Below, in pieces: positions 43,275 to 51,912 of a stretch of 64,000 nucleotides of DNA (its first letter is position 1; each line of letters starts with the position of its first letter). The notes under the pieces are model-generated. The model made no database searches, was not told the origin of the DNA, and saw nothing but the letters and a program-made list of their open reading frames with translations. The stretch is from NCBI GenBank assembly GCA_965219385.1, contig CBDCNM010000002.1, positions 530,639 to 594,638 on the forward strand, in the 5' to 3' direction. The translations under genes were made by a program, and so were the position numbers. Origin of the DNA: Candidatus Latescibacterota bacterium (lineage in GTDB: Bacteria > Latescibacterota > UBA2968 > UBA8231).

Positions 43275-46200
43275 GCCACGATGAACGAGGCCGCGATCGC
43301 CTCCGTCCCTATCACGTTGAGCGCCCGCACCTGGAACTGGTAGTCCACCCCGTTGGTCAGATTCGACACCGTCTCCCTCGTCGTGGCTCCCCCCCCGGAG
43401 GATATATTCTCCCACTCTTCCCACAGGGCGGCCCCCGCCCTGGTGCGATACTGCCACTGCGTGATGAGGGGGTAGCCCGGATGCGTCCAACTCAACCTCG
43501 CCTGCCCATCCGCCCCTTGCACCTCCAAGGGCACCACCGCCACCGCCTCCGACGCGGCCCCCGCCTGTCCGTCTGCGTTGACCAGCCGCACCCGGAACTG
43601 GTACGCCACCGTGCTGTCCAAGTCCGCCACCGGCACCGTATACGACGGGGCAAGCGACCCGCCCGAGGCCCCGCCCGATCCCCTTGCGCCTCTGGCCGGT
43701 GCGCCCGTGCTCAAACTCGTGTACACGACCTGCCACCCGGTCTCGCTCCCGGTCCCGATCCCGATCTTTCTCTCCACGATGTACGACGGGAACGACCCGC
43801 CAGGCGACGAGTCGCACTGCGGGCAGTCCGAGAGCATACTTATCCCAGTATCGGTCTCCAACACTACAGTCGCCGGGCCCAGTAAGGGAATCACCCCGTT
43901 TTCGGGAAAATCCGCCGACCACTCCCCTGCGGGGCGCGCCCGCACCCGGTAGCGGTAGCGGTAGCCCGTCGCGTCGGTGGTATGGGTATAGGTGGTGGTG
44001 CTCCCGTTGGTGATCGTGGCCAGCAAGGCATAGTCCGACCAACCCTCCGAATCCTCCGTCCCGACCTGGATCCGCTGGAACTCCAGCCGGTATCCCGTCA
44101 CCTCCGGGTCCGTCGACGTCACGGCGTTCCAACCGACATTGATCTCTCCTTCGCTCCCCACGCCCACGGCGGTCGGCTCGCCAGGTGCGGCCAGCAGGGC
44201 GGGAAGTTGGGCAAAGCCGTGCCCCCAGGTGTTGTCCGGCCCGAGGTTGTCTTGATCATCAAGAGCGTTGGCTTTCAGGTACGTGGCAATCTTGTCCGGG
44301 GAGTCGTAGCTGGGGTCGTCGCCCATGTGCTGGATAACAAGCGCGGCCAGCCCGGCCACGCGCGGCGCGGCATAGCTCGTTCCGGGCAATTGGTCAACGG
44401 CTCCGACCAGGTCCGGCTTGGTGCGGTTATCTTTGGGCGTGGGGCCGCGAGAGCTGTAGCTTTCGATCATGGGGGGCTCAGACAAGTCGGCGGCACCGAC
44501 GGCCAACAGGCCCGAGTTGTTGCTCTCCGCCGGATTGATAATGCTGCCGGCCCCCTCCATGTCATACTGCAAGCTCCCGCTGCCCGTGAACCCTTGCAAC
44601 TGAATCCACCCTGGATTGTCGTCCTGAGCGCGTTTTTTTACGCTCAAGCAATAACTAAGGAAGGGCGTTGGGTTGTCTTGTTCGCTGTATTTGTATTTTA
44701 TGTGCTCCAATGGATTATGATTCTCCCCTTCATCCTGGAGCCTTACTGATTGCGCCACCATAGACATACCCTCATGGGACTTACCATAAAGATAGAGGTC
44801 TAAATTACGGGCCGCATCAGGCCACGTGTCCTCCCAGCGCAACTGAAAGTGAGCAGTATCTGATGGCAAGGCGACCATGTTGCCCTTGGCATTGGCACCA
44901 TCAAACATCAGGAAGTTATCATCATTGAAGACCACTGGTTTTGAAAACCACGTGCGTTCCGCATTATTTCCCGCCGCATTGACCCAGAGAATCCCGGCCC
45001 TCACGGCCTCGTTCACCGAGTTCAGCGGGCTGTACGGATCCGGCGATGTCCCGTCGCCCGGCCCGTCCCATGGGAGACCCGCTGAAAAATTGATGACCTG
45101 GACCCCCTCACCGATCATCCAGGCAACGGCGCTATTCCTTGCCGGTGGTGAGGATGTATTCGCTATGTAAAGAGACACGTTGGGCGCGATACCGAGCAGG
45201 GCCTTCGCGACATCGGTGCCGTGGGCGATGTCATTTTCGCAGATTGAAATGCGGTCCGAACCCTCATCCGCACCGGAGTGGCATAGCGCCTTGACCGTGA
45301 CCGTGTCCACCATGGTGGTGAAGCCCTGGAAGCCTCCGTCGATCACGCCCACGCGGATGCCTTCGCCCTCGATGCCGGCCCTGTGCCACGCCGTTGCCCC
45401 GTGCGCGACGGCGGGCGTTCTCGATGACGCCCCCTCGGAGGGGCTGTTGTTGTCATACCGGGGCGGATATACCTCCTCGATGCTGAGGACGCCGGCTTGT
45501 TCGGACAGGCGCACCAGCAGCGACACGGGCACCCGAGCCCAAAGCAGCCCCTGAATGACGCTTGCGCTATCGCCCTGCCAAGTGTCCGCGGAAATGCCCT
45601 GGTCTTCGAGAAAGCGGGCCACCGCGTCAACCCGCGCGGGCGTGTCGGTTCGTATTTTCACCCTGATTGACCGGACCGGCGGCGCCGGGCTTCTGGCTCC
45701 CGAGCGCGCTCCCGAGCGCGCGTCCTCGTAGCGCTCGACCAGATCACTGAGCGAACCCAGCTGGGGATACCGGTACGGCCAGGGAAGACCATGCACGGTC
45801 AGGCCAGTCAGACCCGACAGCGACGATACATCCGACAGCGGGGTGAGCGCCAGATACAGATCGGTCAGACGGGTCAAGCCCGACAGCGCCGACACCTCCG
45901 AGAGCGGGTTGCCTTGAAGATTCAGCTCGGTCAGGCCGGTCAAGCCCGACAGCGGCGCCAGGTCGGAGATGGCGTTGCTGTTCTCCCAGGGCCACTTCCC
46001 GGGGCCCGATCCCAGGTCCAGCCGGGTCAGCCCGGTGGCCAATTCCAACCCGGTCAACTCGACAATGCTCGCATCCGGCGCCTCCAGGACGGTCAACCGC
46101 GCCAACGCCACCGCGGGGATTGACGCCCCCTCCGCCAGGCCGAGGCTAGCCTCCAGCACCGCCCGCAGCCGGGCGTCCGGCACGGTCACGACCGCCGGGG

Positions 46201-46279
46201 CAGGATCGGTCTGCGCCCACCCGGCCGACAGGCTCATGAAGGTCAGGCCCAAGGCAATGCAACTTTTAAAGCCGTGCAT
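42488..46279 (-). CDS. Secreted LRR, prodomain, S8 subtilisin-like serine protease and FN3 modular protein (premature TAG at 42488-42490)
   Basis: Signal peptide; internalin-like cap and LRRs; catalytic motifs VGVIDGGF, HGTDVA, NAAGN, GTSYAAP; FN3 modules. Confidence 0.88.
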   Translation of the reverse strand: MHGFKSCIALGLTFMSLSAGWAQTDPAPAVVTVPDARLRAVLEASLGLAEGASIPAVALARLTVLEAPDASIVELTGLELATGLTRLDLGSGPGKWPWENSNAISDLAPLSGLTGLTELNLQGNPLSEVSALSGLTRLTDLYLALTPLSDVSSLSGLTGLTVHGLPWPYRYPQLGSLSDLVERYEDARSGARSGARSPAPPVRSIRVKIRTDTPARVDAVARFLEDQGISADTWQGDSASVIQGLLWARVPVSLLVRLSEQAGVLSIEEVYPPRYDNNSPSEGASSRTPAVAHGATAWHRAGIEGEGIRVGVIDGGFQGFTTMVDTVTVKALCHSGADEGSDRISICENDIAHGTDVAKALLGIAPNVSLYIANTSSPPARNSAVAWMIGEGVQVINFSAGLPWDGPGDGTSPDPYSPLNSVNEAVRAGILWVNAAGNNAERTWFSKPVVFNDDNFLMFDGANAKGNMVALPSDTAHFQLRWEDTWPDAARNLDLYLYGKSHEGMSMVAQSVRLQDEGENHNPLEHIKYKYSEQDNPTPFLSYCLSVKKRAQDDNPGWIQLQGFTGSGSLQYDMEGAGSIINPAESNNSGLLAVGAADLSEPPMIESYSSRGPTPKDNRTKPDLVGAVDQLPGTSYAAPRVAGLAALVIQHMGDDPSYDSPDKIATYLKANALDDQDNLGPDNTWGHGFAQLPALLAAPGEPTAVGVGSEGEINVGWNAVTSTDPEVTGYRLEFQRIQVGTEDSEGWSDYALLATITNGSTTTYTHTTDATGYRYRYRVRARPAGEWSADFPENGVIPLLGPATVVLETDTGISMLSDCPQCDSSPGGSFPSYIVERKIGIGTGSETGWQVVYTSLSTGAPARGARGSGGASGGSLAPSYTVPVADLDSTVAYQFRVRLVNADGQAGAASEAVAVVPLEVQGADGQARLSWTHPGYPLITQWQYRTRAGAALWEEWENISSGGGATTRETVSNLTNGVDYQFQVRALNVIGTEAIAASFIVAATPGRAPDPVRHLRAAAGNGQVTLSWGAPLSDGGLALTEYEYRQSANSGRTWAPGWTAVAPTLARRLTRTGLESCTFSTFEVRARNEAGPGDSLRVLALPYWSGSLASDTAWSGRVCVEGDVTIPAGVTLTLAAETEVAFHPGGDATKGGADQTRSELIVAGTLSAGTGVTFRSVDINFPSTSDWSGIRVESGGSADLSGATIRDGARCVQAHTSGMVTLTNTTLSPCGQSVSLSSRRSQVGVGLTATLEGETEAVSAARW

Positions 46280-46379
46280 GGTCGTCTGCTCCTGCTAGAG
46301 GATGGTCGGGTAGCCGGGGCAGGTAGTCGGCCGCCGCGTAGTCGGTGGCCGCGGCCGGCAGGGCCCAACTCAAGCCGAG

Positions 46380-46715
46380 CAGGGCCGTTAGAGTCAAGTA
46401 CAGCGTCTGCGTTCGCATGATGCTTTTCCTCCATCATTGAGGGGGGGATCAGAATTCCAGGTCTCGAAAGCCCCCAGACCGTTGCTAACGCGATCCCAAG
46501 CCCGTTTGAGCCGGTTAGCAACGACGAAAAAGCCCGATAGCAGGCCATGGAGCCCCCTCGGCGTCCCCTGCCCGGTGATTGTGCGCATCACCAACCCCAG
46601 ATTGAAGGCGCCGCCATGAATACACCGGCGTTTGTAGATCTTTTCATGGCCACGCAGGGGCGTGCGTCGCATGTCCCCCGTTTCATACGCGTGGGCCGAA
46701 ACTACGTTCCGTATA
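46380..46715 (-). mobile_element. IS1182-family transposase C-terminal remnant
   Basis: ERSF/AHAYETGDMRRTPLRGHEKIYKRRCIHGGAFNLGLVMRTITGQGTPRGLHG resembles IS1182 transposase C-termini; boundaries approximate. Confidence 0.65.
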
Positions 46716-46890
46716 CTCAGCGCGACGCCGTTGCAAGGCCGGACCACGGGCCCCTCGTAGGCGCCGCCGGTAAGCAAAGGCGGCGCCTTCTTTCCTTCAT
46801 CGTACAGGCTCGCCTCCAGATTAATAGACCCCGGGGGCAATACTGGGTCGTCCCAAGGTCTGAGCGTAATGTTTAACGACTAATAATGAA

Positions 46891-46907
46891 CGCAAAATCC
46901 GTGCCAC
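46891..46907 (-). promoter_or_regulatory. Sigma-54 (-24/-12) promoter facing the S8/M23 surface-protein genes
   Basis: Minus strand GTGGCACGGATTTTGCG, a near-perfect TGGCACG-N4-TTGC consensus. Confidence 0.75.
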
Positions 46908-47439
46908 TTTCTCGTAATTAGGTCCAAATTATTGTAGATAAAGAAGTTAGAATACTATTCGGCAACGACTGAATTTCCCTCAAAGTGTTGCAAAATGACT
47001 CTCTCGCAAGCCGCCGGGGTGCCGCTTTTGCGTTTTGACGAGGGCTATAAATGGATGTCTACGAAGGAGTTATGAAAAAAACCTGAGGGCGGGACAGAGG
47101 ATGTGTAGCAATTTGAAACGCAAGGCGCATTTTGCGACACAAGTTCGCCCGCCGTTGCCTGGGGGGCGACCGAGGAAAGCGGCAGCGTCACGCGCAGGGT
47201 CGTCCCCTTTCCGGTGCCCGCGCTCAAGGGCTGAATGCGCCCCTGGTAACGGGGGGGTTGGAAGCAAGAGACAAAAAGCCGAATGTGCAGGTAGCCACGA
47301 ATCAACCCAGGGCAAGGCAAAAGCCAATAGGGAGAACGAAAGTGAACCTATGTAAGCGTCGTAACGTTTAGCGGCAGAAGCGTGGCTGATAAGGCCGTAA
47401 TGGGGCAAACGTGAAAAAGACATTGCTCATGGTCTTGGT

Positions 47440-47574
47440 CGCCAAAGTCGCGGTCCACACAAACGGTCGTGATTTTGAGTTATACTGGTCGGTGAATTCC
47501 TCAATGTTCGCGATGAGGTCTTTCACCTTCTTGAAGATCCGGTCGTAACCTGAGATTATCCCATACCACTTGAA
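47440..47574 (-). mobile_element. IS630-family transposase C-terminal remnant
   Basis: FKWYGII...FKKVKDLIANIEEFTDQYNSKSRPFVWTAT aligns with FRKVRERIER...WNANAHPFVWTAT of the IS630 at 62470-63654. Confidence 0.65.
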
Positions 47575-47639
47575 ACAAGACTGGCCTTGTGCCCTTTTTT
47601 TCTCTCCAAACGACCAAGTAAAGGTAAGCTACGGCCGCC

Positions 47640-48905
47640 CTACTTGAATAGATTCTTTATCGTACCCCAGGATTCCTCTTCAACTACAGTGGGAGTGTAA
47701 AGCACGGGCGGAACCATCTTCTCGACTCTGAGGACGCCGGGCTGTTCGGACAGGGGCCCCAGCAGCGGCACGGGCACACAAGCCCAAAGTGTCCTCTCAA
47801 TGACGCTTTTGCTATCGGCCTCGTCCTTCCGGATGGGGCGCGGGGAGATACCGTGGTCTTCCAGAAAGCGGGCGATCGAATCAACGCTCTCTGACGTGTA
47901 GGTTTTAATGCTCACCGAGATCGACGGGGCCGGCTTGGACGGGTCCCATATAGGGAAATCCCCAGGGGAAATATCCATAGCGCAGTTCCCGGGAACGATG
48001 TTGCTCGTCACGCGCCCCGCCGCGAGCGCGTCCTCGTACGCCTCGACAAGAGGATTGAGCAAGAACAGCTTGGGATACCGGATAGGCTTATACACCTTCA
48101 GGCGGGTCGGACCCGACAGCGACGACGCATCCACGAACCAGTCAATAGTCAGCCTCCTCAGGCGGGTCAGGCCAGCCAGAGGCGACACATCCGTGAGCTC
48201 GTTGCCCAAGAGATCCAGCCGGGTCAGGCGGGTCAGGCCAGCCAGGGGCGACACATCCGTGAGCTCGTTGCGCCTAAGATTCAGCCAGATCAGGTTGGTC
48301 AGGCCGGCCAGGGGCGACACATCCGTGAGCTCGTTGTCCTCAAGATGCAGCCAGGTCAGGCGGGTCAGGCCAGCCAGCGGCGTCACATCCGTGAGCTCGT
48401 TGTCCTCAAGATGCAGCCTCCTCAGGCGGGTCAGGCCAGCCAGGGGCAACACATCCGAGATCCTGTTGTTCTCAAGATTCAGATAGATCAGGTTGGTCAG
48501 GCCGGCCAGGGGCGACACATCCGAGATCCTGTTGTTCTCAAGATTCAGATAGGTCAGGCTGGTCAAGCCCGACAGCGGCGCCAGGTCGGAGATGTCGTTG
48601 CGATTGAGCCACTTCCCGGGGTCCGACCTCAGGTTCAGCCGGGTCAGGCCGGTGGCAGATTCCAACCCGGTCAACTCGACAATGCTCTCATTCGGCGCCT
48701 CCAGGACGGTCAACCGCGCCAACGCCAACGCCCGGATCGGTGCCCCCTCCGCCAGACCGAGACGATCCTCCAGCACCGCCCGCAGCACGGCGTCCGGCAC
48801 GGTCACGACTTCCTCCGCTGGCGGGTTGGTCTGCGCCCACCCGGCCGTCAGGCCCAGGCTCAGGTAGATTAATCCCAAGGCAATGCAACTCTTAAAGCCG
48901 TGCAT
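47640..48905 (-). CDS. Secreted internalin-like leucine-rich-repeat protein with a prodomain-like region and C-terminal SWGTIK motif
   Basis: MHGFKSCIALGL leader shared with the gene at 46279; 22-aa LRRs (LAGLTxLxxLxLxxNxxxDVxP); ends VEEESWGTIKNLFK. Confidence 0.88.
   Translation of the reverse strand: MHGFKSCIALGLIYLSLGLTAGWAQTNPPAEEVVTVPDAVLRAVLEDRLGLAEGAPIRALALARLTVLEAPNESIVELTGLESATGLTRLNLRSDPGKWLNRNDISDLAPLSGLTSLTYLNLENNRISDVSPLAGLTNLIYLNLENNRISDVLPLAGLTRLRRLHLEDNELTDVTPLAGLTRLTWLHLEDNELTDVSPLAGLTNLIWLNLRRNELTDVSPLAGLTRLTRLDLLGNELTDVSPLAGLTRLRRLTIDWFVDASSLSGPTRLKVYKPIRYPKLFLLNPLVEAYEDALAAGRVTSNIVPGNCAMDISPGDFPIWDPSKPAPSISVSIKTYTSESVDSIARFLEDHGISPRPIRKDEADSKSVIERTLWACVPVPLLGPLSEQPGVLRVEKMVPPVLYTPTVVEEESWGTIKNLFK
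48130..48610 (-). repeat. 66-bp tandem repeats encoding LRR units (about 7 copies)
   Basis: ggtcaggcc(a/g)gccag...gcgacacatccg recurs with a 66-bp period. Confidence 0.85.
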
Positions 48906-49089
48906 GATCTTCTCCTCCTGCTAGAGGTTCGCGGGAAATCCGAGGTGAATGGACCCGCTGAACTAATTCTTCGATCTCAATATCCAAGCAAAAAGCCCGC
49001 CAGTCCAGTGAAATATTCACAAATACCGTCGCCTTCGCAGCTTTCACTGGCATCAGCGGCCACTATTACACCTAATTTTGAATTATTCC

Positions 49090-50721
49090 TCAATACGGAC
49101 TGCCTTTCTTGATGGTCTCGTCCCAGCGCTGGACCTGCAGATAGTCCACTACCCCCTGCGCCGCACGCGGCGAATCCAGGCGCGTCAAAGCGCTCATGGC
49201 CAAGGTCCTCACCTGGCCGCACCCATCGTCCAGGGCCTGCAGCAGGCTATCCTCGGCCGGGGCCGCTTCCCTGCCCAGTCGCACGCACGCCATGGCCGCA
49301 TTGAACCGGACCTGGTCGCGGGCCGTCCACCCGCGTTGCAGCACCTCGTCCCACCCCGGCCGTTCTTCCACCAGCAGACGTCCCAAACCAACGACGGGCA
49401 CCCCCCGGCGGATCAGGCCAAGGGCATCCGCCACCGTGCGCACAAGGCGGGAGGAGGGATCGTCCAGACAGCAGACCAGGCTCGGAACCGCGGCTGCCGC
49501 CCGGGAATCCATCTCCCCGAGCGCAAAGGCCGCGTTGATCCGGCTCCATTCACGCCCCTTCTCCAGCACCTCGACCAGAGGCCCGACGGCCGGCGCGCCC
49601 AGGGCGGCGAGGGCGTGGGCCGCGGCCTCCATCGAGATGGCGCGCTCGTTCCAGGATGGAAACTCCGGGTGCTCGTCCTCGCGGCGACCTGCCTCAATGA
49701 GCCTGTCCATGAGCGGCTGGAGCGCCTTTTCGCCCAGGGCGCCCAGGGCATAGAGGGCCGCGGGCCGCGCCGCCTGATGGTCGTTGTCCAGCATGCCCAC
49801 CAGGGTGGGGATGGCCGCAGCTGCAGCCCCGCCGAGCGCGGCCAGGTCCCGGGTAGCGGCAAGGCGGGTATCCAGGTCCCGGTCGCCAGCCAGGGCCTCC
49901 ACCAACCCGGCCGCGTCCCCGTTGGTTGGTCCATGGCCCTGCCCTCGCAAGCTTTTGTAGCGGTCCTGCACGCCGCACAACCAGTCCCAGTGGTGGGACC
50001 AGGCCACCTCCAGATCATAGGGCGTGTGGATATGGGCGGGTTTTTGCCACTGGGTGCTCTGGCAGTTCCACGCCGGCGCCACCGGTTCCGAGGCCCTGAC
50101 GTAGATGAACTTCACCATGTGGCGGAGCCGGTTGACCAGGTTGACGCCCGCGGCGTGGCCGATGTCGAAGTGGGTCAACGATATTGTGCCGGCCTTGCCG
50201 GCCACCGGGATGGCGCGGGCGCGATCTCCATCGGTGAGGACTTTGTTGAACTGGGTTCCGGGAATGACGTGGGTCGGCCCCAGCTCGATCGGTGTGTCCT
50301 GCGGGTAGTACATGATCCGGGCATAGCGCAGGTAGTGTTGCCGGGCGCGGGCCAGGGGCGAGTAGGCATCCTGGTGGCAATTCGCCACCAGCTTGGCCTC
50401 CGGATCAGGAGGTCTTTCCTCGACCGGGTCCAGGTGGTGGCAGTAGCGGTGCGGATGCTCGAAGTAATCCTCTCCCAGCACGCTGATCAGGGCGCCCCGG
50501 ACTTCGGGGCTGTTGAGGATATGACGCATCTCCGAGACCAGCGGCAGGATATTGTTCCCCGGGTTGAATCCCTGGCTGATGGATTCTGTGAGTTTCCGAA
50601 AGATGGTCTGGTGCAGTTCGTCGGGTACGGACGGCTGGAGAACGAGATACCCATTGACAATAAACTCGCGCATCTGCTCATCGGTGAGCAAAACCGGCTC
50701 TTGCTGTGAGATAAATCTCAT
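49090..50721 (-). CDS. PhyH-family dioxygenase fused to HEAT repeats
   Basis: N-terminal NCHQDAY (HxD), YYPQDT...GPTHVIPGTQ, HFDIGH; C-terminal AAAIPTLVGML/NAAFALGEM HEAT units. Confidence 0.85.
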   Translation of the reverse strand: MRFISQQEPVLLTDEQMREFIVNGYLVLQPSVPDELHQTIFRKLTESISQGFNPGNNILPLVSEMRHILNSPEVRGALISVLGEDYFEHPHRYCHHLDPVEERPPDPEAKLVANCHQDAYSPLARARQHYLRYARIMYYPQDTPIELGPTHVIPGTQFNKVLTDGDRARAIPVAGKAGTISLTHFDIGHAAGVNLVNRLRHMVKFIYVRASEPVAPAWNCQSTQWQKPAHIHTPYDLEVAWSHHWDWLCGVQDRYKSLRGQGHGPTNGDAAGLVEALAGDRDLDTRLAATRDLAALGGAAAAAIPTLVGMLDNDHQAARPAALYALGALGEKALQPLMDRLIEAGRREDEHPEFPSWNERAISMEAAAHALAALGAPAVGPLVEVLEKGREWSRINAAFALGEMDSRAAAAVPSLVCCLDDPSSRLVRTVADALGLIRRGVPVVGLGRLLVEERPGWDEVLQRGWTARDQVRFNAAMACVRLGREAAPAEDSLLQALDDGCGQVRTLAMSALTRLDSPRAAQGVVDYLQVQRWDETIKKGSPY

Positions 50722-51100
50722 GGTGCGAATTCCTTCCTTTTTGGTGCGAATTTTTTAGATGTCTATATAGGATGTAGGACGGTCAGGCTGCCCTGTCAAT
50801 ACGACGACACCATGATTGACATGAGACGCGGGTGTGATGTATCATACTGGACCCCGTCCAGAAGCGGGGGAGCGAAACAGGTACACCGCTTTTCGCCTTG
50901 CCGGCGAATATCTCGATTGACGGTTTTTGTGCCGGCTACCGGCTAAATGAAAGGATCTCCCATCCCTTCTGGCCGGCCCCCCGGCGAAGATAGGATGAAA
51001 AAGGGCACGGAACTGGTCAACACCGCAAAAAACGGGGCTCCCCAACCGTCCGCAAACCCGCCTACATCGCCGCTCTGGAGGGCAAGGTAAAGGAGTCACC

Positions 51101-51877
51101 ATGTACCGCTTATCCGTGTGCGCCGGCACCCTCCTGCAAGATTTGCCCTTTGTCGAGCGCCTGCAAAAAATCGCCGGCGCCGGCTTCCTCGTCGATCTGT
51201 GGGGCTGGGAAGAAGACGCCATCGACACCATTGCCGCCGATTCCCGGATCGAGATCAGCGCCATGCCCGGCTGGATCGGCGGCAGCATGGTCCACCCCGA
51301 AGGCATCGAGACCTACATGGAAGGAGTGAAAAAAAACCTCGAAATCGCCCGCCGCTTCAACTGCCGCAACCTGTGCATCACCACCGGCGCCCTTGACGAC
51401 AAGGGTCAAATGGCCCATCCTATTGCCGGGCATCCCGCCACCCGGTGGATCAGCGCCTACAAAACCCTGTGTCAGGTAGCGGAGCTGGCCGAAAAACACG
51501 ACGTCGTGTACCACCTGGAGCAACTCAACACCAAGGTGGATCACGCCGGCTATCCCCTGCCCCACACCGCGGATGTGGTGCACCTGCTGCACGAGGTCGG
51601 CAGCCCGCGCCTCAGGCTGCTCTGCGATATCTACCACGTCCAGAGCCAGGAGGGCAATGTGATCCAGACCCTGCGAGATTACTACCACTACATCGGCAAT
51701 ATCCACGTGGCCGATGTGCCGGGCCGCCACGAACCGGGCACGGGCGAGATCAACTATCCCGAAATCGTCCGGGTCCTGCACGAACTGAAGTACCAGGGCG
51801 TCGTCGGCATGGAGGCCTTCCCGAAAAACGACGACATGGAGGCCATGGTCCGCTTTCGCACCCTCTTTTCCGCTTGA
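51101..51877 (+). CDS. Hydroxypyruvate isomerase-like TIM-barrel protein
   Basis: LEQLNTKVDHAGY, DIYHVQSQEGN, HVADVPGRHEPGTGEINY. Confidence 0.85.
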   Translation: MYRLSVCAGTLLQDLPFVERLQKIAGAGFLVDLWGWEEDAIDTIAADSRIEISAMPGWIGGSMVHPEGIETYMEGVKKNLEIARRFNCRNLCITTGALDDKGQMAHPIAGHPATRWISAYKTLCQVAELAEKHDVVYHLEQLNTKVDHAGYPLPHTADVVHLLHEVGSPRLRLLCDIYHVQSQEGNVIQTLRDYYHYIGNIHVADVPGRHEPGTGEINYPEIVRVLHELKYQGVVGMEAFPKNDDMEAMVRFRTLFSA

Positions 51878-51912
51878 GTGAACTGGGCAACCGACCAAGG
51901 AGGTTTAGCCCC

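Noticed and set aside
50721..50752. Direct repeat TGGTGCGAATT x2 at the PhyH-HEAT start
   Set aside because: An 11-bp local duplication around the RBS with no further support for a function
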